Both the position numbers and the translations under genes were made by a program. Positions 53,075-61,329 of a stretch of DNA of 64,000 bases are shown piece after piece. Origin of the DNA: Verrucomicrobiia bacterium (GTDB lineage Bacteria; Verrucomicrobiota; Verrucomicrobiia; Limisphaerales; UBA11358); contig DASXYX010000026.1 in assembly GCA_036502245.1 (NCBI GenBank), forward strand, positions 8,575 to 72,574, read 5' to 3'. Positions within the stretch are counted from its first letter, which is position 1. Every line of letters starts with the position of its first letter. Below the pieces are notes generated by a model. It searched no databases and had not been told where the DNA came from. It worked only from the letters and a program-made list of their open reading frames with translations.

Positions 53075-54316
53075 ATGCCTTTTAGTAAATTAGGTTTGTC
53101 CCCGGCGGTAGTCGATGGTGTCAAAGCCAAAGGTTATGGCGATCCCACCCCCATCCAACTCCGCGCCATTCCGCTCGTGCTGGCCGGACGCGACGTCATC
53201 GGCAGCGCGCAGACCGGCACCGGCAAGACCGCCGCGTTCGCCCTCCCCATCCTTTCGAAACTGGGCAAACGTTCGCAGGATAAAAGCCCGCGCGCGCTCA
53301 TCCTGGAACCGACCCGCGAACTGGCCGCGCAGGTGGAGACCTCGTTCCGCACCTACTCGCGCTTCACCGACCTTGATGTCACTGTGATTTTTGGCGGCGT
53401 CGGCTATGGCAGGCAAAACGACTCGTTGCGCGCCGGCACAGACATCGTTGTCGCCACGCCCGGTCGCCTGCTCGACCATATGGAGCAAGGAAACATCAAG
53501 CTGGATAAGGTTGAGTTTCTGGTCCTCGATGAAGCGGACCGCATGCTCGACATGGGATTTCTGCCCGACGTGCGGCGCATCGTCGAACGCTGCCCGCGCC
53601 AGCGCCACACCTCGTTGTTTTCCGCCACCATTCCGCCGCAGATCGAGACGCTCATCAAATGGGCGATGCACAATCCTGAAACCATCGAGATCGGCGCGCG
53701 TCGCACGCCGGCCGAGACCGTCAAGCACGTCATCTATCCCGTGGCCGACGCGCAAAAGACCGACCTGCTGCTCAAGCTGCTCGACTCCGTGCATTACGAT
53801 TCCGTGATCGTCTTCTGCCGCACCAAGCACGGCGCCGACCGCATCGCGCAGACCTTGAAACGCGCGAACCACGCCGTGGCTGTGCTCCATTCCAACCGCA
53901 CCCAACGCGAGCGCGAACAGGCGTTGCTCGGATTTCGCGATGGACGCTTTGAAGTGCTGGTCGCCACCGACATCGCCGCGCGCGGCCTGGACATCGCCGA
54001 CGTGAGCCATGTCATCAACTACGATGTGCCGCAGCATCCGGAGGATTACATCCACCGCATCGGGCGCACCGGGCGCGCCGAATCCACCGGCGACGCTTTC
54101 ACCATCATGACCGCCGAGGACGCCAGCCATGTCTTCTCCATCGAACGTTTCATCAGCAAAAAGATCGAGCGCGTGAAACTGGATGGTTTCGATTACCGCT
54201 ACACCGCGCTCTTTGAAGAGAACAAAGGCGGCAAGAGCGGCGGATTCCCCGGCAAAGCCCGCGCCGTCCGCGTCCACGGCGGCTACCATTTCGGTCCCGC
54301 CCGGCGCAGACGGTAA
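53075..54316 (+). CDS. DEAD-box ATP-dependent RNA helicase (RhlE-like)
   Basis: Q motif (GYGDPTPIQ), AQTGTGKTAAF, DEAD box (VLDEADRM), SAT, HRIGRTGRA and a basic C-terminal tail. Confidence 0.9.
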   Translation: MPFSKLGLSPAVVDGVKAKGYGDPTPIQLRAIPLVLAGRDVIGSAQTGTGKTAAFALPILSKLGKRSQDKSPRALILEPTRELAAQVETSFRTYSRFTDLDVTVIFGGVGYGRQNDSLRAGTDIVVATPGRLLDHMEQGNIKLDKVEFLVLDEADRMLDMGFLPDVRRIVERCPRQRHTSLFSATIPPQIETLIKWAMHNPETIEIGARRTPAETVKHVIYPVADAQKTDLLLKLLDSVHYDSVIVFCRTKHGADRIAQTLKRANHAVAVLHSNRTQREREQALLGFRDGRFEVLVATDIAARGLDIADVSHVINYDVPQHPEDYIHRIGRTGRAESTGDAFTIMTAEDASHVFSIERFISKKIERVKLDGFDYRYTALFEENKGGKSGGFPGKARAVRVHGGYHFGPARRRR

Positions 54317-54350
54317 AAGTGGACATCTGCATTATCAGGTTTTTGGTAGG

Positions 54351-54411
54351 GCGCGCACTTTGTGCGCGCCGCCTCATTTCGGAGGGATGAGCTCTGCGAA
54401 TCCCTGATTTT
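54351..54411 (+). repeat. GC hairpin plus repeat family C, copy b
   Basis: GGCGCGCAC-TTT-GTGCGCGCC (54351-54371), then TTCGGAGGGATGAGCTCTGCGAATCCCTGATTTT (54378-54411). Begins 35 nt after the helicase stop. Confidence 0.7.
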
Positions 54412-55004
54412 AGCTTCTCTGACGGTGTTCAAATTCTATTAAATTCTGTTTCCCGGAAACATTACACATCTTTCCTTTTCTGCTTTACTCGTAGCGTATG
54501 GGAAAAGAATACGCGATTGCGGCTGAAAGCCGCCTCCATAGTAGCCGAGGGCAACGCCCTCGGGGAAAGTCCGTAAAATTGTCATCGCCCGGTAAGGGCA
54601 TTCCATTAAAACCCAAAAATGAGAAAACGAACCCAAGCTTTTCAGTCAATTTTCCATATTCAAAAAGCTCTAAATCAATCACTTGTCAAACCTGTGCGTC
54701 AAAAAGTCACCTTGAAAAACGAACCCAAGAACCCAAATCCGGGAAGGAAAAAATTAGAATGAAGAATGAAGAAAAAGGCCAGTTGTTGGCAATAATTCGT
54801 GTGGTTTCGCGTAATTGGCGTAAAACTCTGCGCCTTTGCATCTTCTTGTCCCGCCATAGCTTCCGGGCGACGGCGGATGCGTTAAAAGTAGCGAATCCGA
54901 CCCAATCCAAGTGAATCCGAGTGAATCCAACCAAATCAAACCTCGCATGAACGTGGAACTTGGCATAACCATTGCATTTCATTATAAATCTCTGAACTCC
55001 CAAG

Positions 55005-56132
55005 ATGAATAGAATGAACACTCTCAAAACTCTTTGCGCCATGGCTGTGGTCCTGGCCCCGGCCATTGTTCCGGCACAACAAACCCCATACGTGCGTCCT
55101 CCGGTCCCCACGCGCGATCCGCATACGCCGGGATACGTCGCCGCTACGGACTTGCCCGATGGCCAGGTGCCGTCGCCGGATGCGGAAGGGAATTTTATCA
55201 TTGGGCCGACACACGCGCCCGCGCTGGATACGATTGTGCAGACCAATGTGCCGCACGGGACGGTTTATGAGTTCACCATGAGCTCGACGAACAGCAATTT
55301 TTATCCGGGTATCGCGATGAACAAAAACACTGCCGGAGTGCCGGACACAAACAACCCCGCGATTCTCATTGTGACGACGAGTCACCCGGCTCCCTATACG
55401 CGGCATGTGGCGGTCTATGTTCCCGCGCAATACGTGCCCGGCACACCCGCACCTTTCATCGTTGGGCAGGACGGGCCTGATCGTGTGCTGTTCAACACCT
55501 TGGACAATTTGATCGCTGAGAAAAAAGTGCCGCCGATGGTTGCCATCTCCATCGGCAAAGGCGGCGGCGATGCCCAGGGCAGCGAGCGCGGACTCGAATA
55601 CGACACGATGTCGGGCCGGTACGCGGAATTTGTGGAACTGGAAGTGTTACCTCTGGTGGAGAGCCAATGCCATGTGACCCTGACCCGTGATCCGGACGCG
55701 CGTGCGACGATGGGCGGCAGCTCCGGCGGCTCCTGCGCGCTGAGCATGGCGTGGTACCATCCCGAACTGTATCATCGCGTGCTGACCTATTCGGGCACGT
55801 ACGTGAACCAGCAATGGCCGCATGATCCCATCACGCCGGACGGCGCCTGGGATTATCACGCGCATCTCATTCCTGAAAATCCGGCCAAACCCATCCGTAT
55901 CTGGCTGGAAGTCGGCGACCGCGACCTGCTGAATCCCAACATCATGCGCGACAATATGCACGACTGGGTGGTGGCGAACGAAAACATGGCCAAAGTGCTA
56001 GCGGCCAAAGGCTATCATTATCAATTCGTTTTTGCCCGCAACGCGACCCACACCGACCACGGTGTCAAAGCGCAAACGTTGCCCGAAGCGTTGGAATGGT
56101 TGTGGAAAGGATACAAGCAGGGGAAGGACTGA
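55005..56132 (+). CDS. secreted esterase-family alpha/beta hydrolase (enterochelin-esterase-like)
   Basis: Signal peptide MNRMNTLKTLCAMAVVLAPAIVPAQQ and a nucleophile-elbow context MGGSSGGSCAL. Confidence 0.7.
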   Translation: MNRMNTLKTLCAMAVVLAPAIVPAQQTPYVRPPVPTRDPHTPGYVAATDLPDGQVPSPDAEGNFIIGPTHAPALDTIVQTNVPHGTVYEFTMSSTNSNFYPGIAMNKNTAGVPDTNNPAILIVTTSHPAPYTRHVAVYVPAQYVPGTPAPFIVGQDGPDRVLFNTLDNLIAEKKVPPMVAISIGKGGGDAQGSERGLEYDTMSGRYAEFVELEVLPLVESQCHVTLTRDPDARATMGGSSGGSCALSMAWYHPELYHRVLTYSGTYVNQQWPHDPITPDGAWDYHAHLIPENPAKPIRIWLEVGDRDLLNPNIMRDNMHDWVVANENMAKVLAAKGYHYQFVFARNATHTDHGVKAQTLPEALEWLWKGYKQGKD

Positions 56133-56318
56133 GGTGCAAGACGGCGAAGATGGAGGGTGGAAAATAGATAATGGAAAAATGCAGAAACATCTAATTACCG
56201 TGGTAGCGGGACGGGCATTAAACGATAGGCTTCTTACTAAGTCCATAATAGATGCAGGTCGGGATTACTATCTCTGTTTGGAGACTTGATTTTCGGGCAG
56301 GAGGGGCGCAGGGTGGGA

Positions 56319-56657
56319 ATGATGGACCATACGACCATGCCACGACCAATTAAAAGATTCATAGTTGTCGCGATTTGTTCGACGCTTGCTATAGCAGGTA
56401 TGTTCTTCGTCGAATTTTTTGTATTTTCCGATATAACCCCGCCGACCCCTTTTGAGAATTGTTGGTTTTATGTTTGGGCCGTGGCTTCCTGGCCTCTTTC
56501 TGTTGTTTGGCTTATGTTGCAACAAGACCCATCATTAATGGTGATCATTCTTCTGACGGTTGTATCGGGATTATTCTGGGCATTTTTAGTCGAATTGCTT
56601 TTTGCAGCAAAAGAGAGAATGTGGCAGAACATTACGCTTAGACCGAAAATAAAATAG
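56319..56657 (+). CDS. possible small membrane protein
   Basis: GGAGG-like sequence upstream of ATG 56319 and three hydrophobic helices. The region is AT-rich. No homology recognised. Confidence 0.3.
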   Translation: MMDHTTMPRPIKRFIVVAICSTLAIAGMFFVEFFVFSDITPPTPFENCWFYVWAVASWPLSVVWLMLQQDPSLMVIILLTVVSGLFWAFLVELLFAAKERMWQNITLRPKIK

Positions 56658-56893
56658 TTTCAAATTCAGAGTATGGCCAGTCAGGTTGAAAAGAATTTGC
56701 GGGCGGCGATGCGCGAAGCCTTGCGCATCCAGGACCGTTTTGTGGCCGAGCCTCTCTTTGCAAAGACCGGACGCGGTTATCTCAAGAGTGAGGGCGTTTC
56801 CGCTTTGCAACGGATCAAATCGAACCTGCGTCGTAAAACTTCTGCCAAGGCAAAATGAAGCGGCGTTGGCATGCTCCGTAAGGCCAGAGCTGC

Positions 56894-57916
56894 TCAATCA
56901 AACTTTGATTCCGTTTCCAAATCAGTTGGCGGTTTCAAATGAATGAGGGTTGGGTGATTGCGATCCGCAGTAAGGATGTTTTTGGCGGCGTCATATTTCA
57001 ATTCGACGACCTGGATGCTGCTGCGCCTGCCGCCGCCGGAGCGCGGTTGCACAAAGTAAAACATATAGGCACGATCGCTGGAAAGGATGACATCAGGGTG
57101 ATGGCCCACGCCATCATCATCCGCGCCGGTGCCGCGGTCCTGGAGCAGTGTGCCCACGCGCATCCAGTTTGCGGCGTCATCCGAACGATAAAGCGCAAGG
57201 CCGTGTCCGATGTCGCGGAACAACCAGTAATGATCCTTCCAATGAAAAGCGACGGGCGCTTCACCTCCGCGATCGGAAAGCCCGGCGACTTTGCCATGGT
57301 CGGTCCAATGGTACAGATCGGGGCTGTCGGCATAATCACACGAGGAGCCGGTGACTTCGTCCTTATACCACAAACGCCACGTGCCATCGGGCAGGTGCAG
57401 CACGCCCGCATCAATCACTTTGGGATGCGCCAGCGGCAACGTCGATTCATATTGCCAGTCAATGAGGTTCGTGCTCGTCAGGTGGATGATGTAGCGCGGA
57501 TGATCCCAGTCCTGAAAAATTCCCGGCACATAAACCAGATACATGTGGAAGAGGCCGTTGTGCTCGACTACGGCAGGCGCCCAATAAGTTTTATCGGCAA
57601 CGGCATCCGGATAAATGATGTTGGCGTCGCGGAGATATTTCCACGTCGCGCCGTCGTCCGAGGTTGCGATGCCGATGGGTGTGCCGTGGACCCACGCCAC
57701 GCCGGGTCCCAGGCCGGGCACATTGGCGCGACGACTGGTGTAGAACATGTACCACTTTTTGTCCGCCCCGTTCCAGATAACAGTGGGGTCGCTCGCGCCA
57801 TCCATGATTGGGTCGCGGTAGAGTGGTTTGTGAACTGCCGTGCGCGTAGTTTGGCAACCGCACAAGGCAAGTGCGGCGGTCATAATTAAGAACAGACGAC
57901 AACAGGCGGATTTCAT
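56894..57916 (-). CDS. GH43-like five-bladed beta-propeller glycoside hydrolase (lipoprotein)
   Basis: Lipobox-like LALCGC, DPTVIWNGADKKWYMFYT and repeated W/Y-rich blade patterns. Confidence 0.65.
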   Translation of the reverse strand: MKSACCRLFLIMTAALALCGCQTTRTAVHKPLYRDPIMDGASDPTVIWNGADKKWYMFYTSRRANVPGLGPGVAWVHGTPIGIATSDDGATWKYLRDANIIYPDAVADKTYWAPAVVEHNGLFHMYLVYVPGIFQDWDHPRYIIHLTSTNLIDWQYESTLPLAHPKVIDAGVLHLPDGTWRLWYKDEVTGSSCDYADSPDLYHWTDHGKVAGLSDRGGEAPVAFHWKDHYWLFRDIGHGLALYRSDDAANWMRVGTLLQDRGTGADDDGVGHHPDVILSSDRAYMFYFVQPRSGGGRRSSIQVVELKYDAAKNILTADRNHPTLIHLKPPTDLETESKFD

Positions 57917-57955
57917 GGTGTGAAAGATGTCGGTTGATTCGATTCCTTCAAACGC

Positions 57956-58210
57956 TCAGCGATAGATTTCCCTTCGATGTCCTACAGTGATGACGATGAT
58001 CTGCAAAACACGATCATGGATCTCGTAAATCACACGGTAGTCACCTACACGAATTCGCCACGCGTCCCGTCCTTTGAGTTTCTTTACGTCGGCAGGGCGC
58101 GGATCGGTTTCAAGAGCAGACAGGCGCGCAAGAATCCGGTTCGCAATTTCATCCGGTAACCGATCCATTTCCTTTTGGACCGATTTACGCAGGATGACCC
58201 GGTATTTCAT
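57956..58210 (-). CDS. RelE/ParE-family toxin
   Basis: MKYRVILRKSVQKEMDRLP...LKGRDAWRIRVGDYRVIYEI...VITVGHRREIY is the classic RelE/ParE pattern. Confidence 0.85.
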   Translation of the reverse strand: MKYRVILRKSVQKEMDRLPDEIANRILARLSALETDPRPADVKKLKGRDAWRIRVGDYRVIYEIHDRVLQIIVITVGHRREIYR

Positions 58211-58431
58211 TTGGTCTTGCGTTTACGACGGGCGCGATAAGTCGTCAATGTGACAAATTGACCGGTGGCAATTTCCGCGTGAGCTTCTTCGCGCAATGTA
58301 TCGTACGCGTTGATGTCAGAAATCTCTTCGAGAATCAAAGCGCCAATTGCTTCCTGTTCCTTTTTGGGTAACGCAGAAGCTTTCTCAATCGCTTTTTCAA
58401 GCAGCGCAGTCATGCTTAGATCATACGCCAA
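58207..58431 (-). CDS. putative antitoxin partner of the RelE/ParE toxin
   Basis: 74-aa ORF overlapping the toxin start by 4 nt. Helical N-terminus (LLEKAIEKASALPKKEQEAIGALILEEI). Confidence 0.6.
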   Translation of the reverse strand: MAYDLSMTALLEKAIEKASALPKKEQEAIGALILEEISDINAYDTLREEAHAEIATGQFVTLTTYRARRKRKTK

Positions 58432-58452
58432 AAATTATTAGGCTCAATATGT

Positions 58453-59850
58453 TTATCTCAACACTTCCCTAATCAGCGCATGATAAACATCGGTTGATTC
58501 GATTTCGTTCACGCTGAGGAGTTCGGGTCGGTTGGTGATGAAGACCGGCCAATCGCGCTTGTCTGCGGGCCGACGTCCATGCGAGCCTTTCACCAGTGAG
58601 GCATCCAGCGGAATCACATCCATCAACATCCGGAACCCTAATTTCTTTTGCAGCAACCGCCACGCAATCTTCATTTTTGCTGAGGGGATTTTGGGATCGA
58701 GAAACAGCTCTACCGGGTCGTAGCCGGGCTTGCGGTGGATGTCCACTGTGCGCGCGAAATCCGGCGCGCGTTCGTCATCCAACCAATAGTAATATGTGAA
58801 CCAGGCGTTTTCCGGGGCGATGGCGATGAGATCGCCTGCACGCGGATCATCAATGCCTGCGGCTGCTTTTTCTTTCGCGCCGAGGACGGTCAGATCCACC
58901 TCGACATGTTTTTCCAGCACTTCGCGGACTTTGGATTCAAGCGAAGGGTCGTTTAGATAGATATGGGCCACCTGATGATCTGCAACCGCAAAGACTTTGC
59001 TCGCGCCAACATCGAGAATCTCCATTCCTAGTTCATCTTTGATGGCGAGCCAATCTTTTTGCCGGAACCAACGATTGAGATGGATGGGCGTGTTGACGTT
59101 GGTGATGCCGTATTCGGACAGGAGTACAATCTGAACACCTGCGTTGCTGAAATAATCAATCAGGTCGCCCACGATGGCATCGATGGCGCGCAAATCAGGA
59201 GCGATGGCATCACAAACGCCATACCGTTGCAGGTTGTAGTCGAGATGTGGCAGGTAAATGAGATTCAGATTTGGAGAGTATTTATTCTCGATCCATTTGG
59301 CTGCCGATGCGATCCAGCGCGAAACGCAATCGGCGGAACCCTGGGGAGTTTTAATGCCTGCCGCAGGCCCCCAAAATCCGAAGAAAGGAAATTCACCGAG
59401 ATCGCTTTTGATTTTTTCACGGATGGAATATGGCCACGAATAAATATCAAAAATCTTTCCGCCATCGGCGCGATAGATGGGGCGCGGCGTGATGGAATAA
59501 TCCGCACTGGAAAACATATTGTGCCACCAGAAAAGCTTGGCGCAGGTGAAGTTCGGAACGCACCGGCGAAGCTCGTCCCAAATCTTTTCACCATGAACCA
59601 CGCGATTTGATTGCTTCCAGAAATGCACTTCCGCCAATTCGCGATCGTACCAGCCATTGCCGACGATACCGTGTTCGGACGGCAATTTGCCGGTGAGATA
59701 ATTGGATTGGGCGGTGCAGGTGACGGCGGGGAAAGTGGGGTTGATCTTTGCGAGCGCGCCGCGTTTCACAAAGTCCGCGATGCGCGGGGTATGTTCACCA
59801 ATGAGTCTTTCGGTGAGGCCGACGACATTGATGACGGCAAGCCGGTTCAT
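58453..59850 (-). CDS. alkaline-phosphatase-superfamily nucleotide pyrophosphatase/phosphodiesterase (EboF-like)
   Basis: N-terminal VINVVGLT...PTFPAVTCTAQSNYLTGKLPSEHGIVGNGWY has the metal/nucleophile Thr context of type I phosphodiesterases. Length is 465 aa. Confidence 0.7.
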   Translation of the reverse strand: MNRLAVINVVGLTERLIGEHTPRIADFVKRGALAKINPTFPAVTCTAQSNYLTGKLPSEHGIVGNGWYDRELAEVHFWKQSNRVVHGEKIWDELRRCVPNFTCAKLFWWHNMFSSADYSITPRPIYRADGGKIFDIYSWPYSIREKIKSDLGEFPFFGFWGPAAGIKTPQGSADCVSRWIASAAKWIENKYSPNLNLIYLPHLDYNLQRYGVCDAIAPDLRAIDAIVGDLIDYFSNAGVQIVLLSEYGITNVNTPIHLNRWFRQKDWLAIKDELGMEILDVGASKVFAVADHQVAHIYLNDPSLESKVREVLEKHVEVDLTVLGAKEKAAAGIDDPRAGDLIAIAPENAWFTYYYWLDDERAPDFARTVDIHRKPGYDPVELFLDPKIPSAKMKIAWRLLQKKLGFRMLMDVIPLDASLVKGSHGRRPADKRDWPVFITNRPELLSVNEIESTDVYHALIREVLR

Positions 59851-61004
59851 TTCTTCCCGGCGCGTTCGCGAAGCTCCTGGATGGAGGCCATGATTTTCTT
59901 TTGATTCATCTCATGCACTTCGACGCCTTTGCCGATCTCTTTTAACAGGGTGACGGTCAATTCGCCGCCGAGATGTTCGCGAAATTCCTCCAGGCCGGCA
60001 AGGATTTGGAAGTCTCCCTTTGCCTTGTCATTCAGCAATTCGCAGGCATAGAGGTCGAAGCCGAGGTCGGTGAGCAATTTCAAGATGCGCTCGCAGGATT
60101 CTTCGTCGAGCAGGCCGGTCTTGCGCGCATAGATCACGTCGATGGCAATGCCGATGGCCACGGCTTCGGCGTGGGGGATGCGAAAGTTGGAGAGTTGTTC
60201 CAGTTTGTGCGCCGCCCAATGGCCGAAATCGAGCGGGCGAGCCGAGCCGGTCTCGAAGGGGTCGCCACCAGTGGCGATATGGTCCATGTGTAGTTCGGCG
60301 CTGCGGCGGATGAGCCTTTTTACCGCCGCGGTCTCGAACGAGGTCAATTTTTCCACGTCGCGCTCGATCTCGTTGAAAAAATCCGCATCGCGAATGCAGG
60401 CGACCTTGACGGCTTCGACATAGCCGGCGCGTTTTTCGCGCGGCTTGAGGGTGGCCAGGAGATTGAAATCGTTGACGACGGCGTTCGGCGGGGCGAAAGT
60501 GCCGACAAAATTCTTTTTGCCAAAGGCATTGATGCTGTTCTTCACGCCCACACCGGAATCGGCCTGGGACAACGTGGTGGTGGGGATGCGGATGTGGCGC
60601 ACGCCGCGGTGCGCGGTGGCGGCGGCAAATCCGGCGATGTCCAGCAACGCGCCGCCACCGACGGCGACGACGTAGGACTGGCGGTCGATGTGGTGTTTGT
60701 CGATCTGCGAAAGGATGTCGGTGACGATGGTGACGGAGTTTTTGGCGTATTCGCCGCCGGGAACGAAGAGCGGCGAGCGGGCGAGCTGCAAATGTTTGTT
60801 GTGGGCGGAAAAATATTTCTGGATGTGGTTCTCCAATTCGGGCTGGGATTGCGCGAGAGCGTCTTCGAGCACGACAAGCACTTTGCGCGGCAGATGGTCA
60901 ACCAGCACATTTTTCAGGACGAGATTTTCCGGGGCAAAAACGTCCTCGGTGAAAAAGACACGCAATTGCCAGCCAACCTTGATCGAACGCAGAATCACAG
61001 ACAT
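59847..61004 (-). CDS. 3-dehydroquinate-synthase-like sugar-phosphate cyclase (EboD-like)
   Basis: VVAVGGGALLDIAGFAAATAHRGVRHIRIPTTTLSQADSGVGVKNSINAFGKKNFVGTF and HAEAVAIG match the DHQS-superfamily NAD and metal motifs. The stop overlaps the next gene's start by 4 nt. Confidence 0.8.
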   Translation of the reverse strand: MSVILRSIKVGWQLRVFFTEDVFAPENLVLKNVLVDHLPRKVLVVLEDALAQSQPELENHIQKYFSAHNKHLQLARSPLFVPGGEYAKNSVTIVTDILSQIDKHHIDRQSYVVAVGGGALLDIAGFAAATAHRGVRHIRIPTTTLSQADSGVGVKNSINAFGKKNFVGTFAPPNAVVNDFNLLATLKPREKRAGYVEAVKVACIRDADFFNEIERDVEKLTSFETAAVKRLIRRSAELHMDHIATGGDPFETGSARPLDFGHWAAHKLEQLSNFRIPHAEAVAIGIAIDVIYARKTGLLDEESCERILKLLTDLGFDLYACELLNDKAKGDFQILAGLEEFREHLGGELTVTLLKEIGKGVEVHEMNQKKIMASIQELRERAGKK

Positions 61005-61163
61005 GGCGACAATCTGCGTCGTTCGGGGAGAATTTTCGAGTTTTATTTCTCGGCGGATTTTTAGCCGCGAAAGAACTCAAAGAAAGCAAAAGAATTGAAC
61101 ATGAGGAAACAGAGAAAACTGAGGCCGGGATTTATTTTAACTGTATTGCGGCCTTTCTGTTAT

Positions 61164-61205
61164 CTCACCCCTCATCCTAACCTTCTCCCCGTTGAGGGGA
61201 GAAGG
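61164..61205. repeat. palindromic element family B, copy 4 (inverted relative to copies 1-3)
   Basis: Tail CTCACCCCTCATCCTAA (the reverse complement of the TTAGGATGAGGGGTGAG type), then CCTTCTCCCC-GTTGA-GGGGAGAAGG (61181-61205). Confidence 0.75.
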
Positions 61206-61289
61206 AACAGGAGGTGGACGCCTCTCTGAAATCTGTATCGTGATCCATCGGAGCGTTCCCAGCTGAATGATGGAATCCCGTTGGGATTC

Positions 61290-61325
61290 TTGATTTCAGG
61301 GACTCGTGTAACTCGTCCCTCCGAA
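61290..61325 (-). repeat. repeat family C, copy c
   Basis: The reverse complement reads TTCGGAGGGACGAGTTACACGAGTCCCTGAAATCAA and starts 4 nt after the hppA stop on the minus strand. Confidence 0.7.
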
Positions 61326-61329
61326 AATG

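Noticed and set aside
53090-54289. 399-aa ORF antisense to the DEAD-box helicase
   Set aside because: It lies opposite a gene with every canonical helicase motif. This is an antisense open frame caused by GC-rich codon bias.
56939-57889. 316-aa ORF antisense to the GH43-like gene
   Set aside because: The minus-strand ORF has a lipoprotein signal and glycosidase-like motifs. The plus-strand frame is R/G/A/V-rich with no features.
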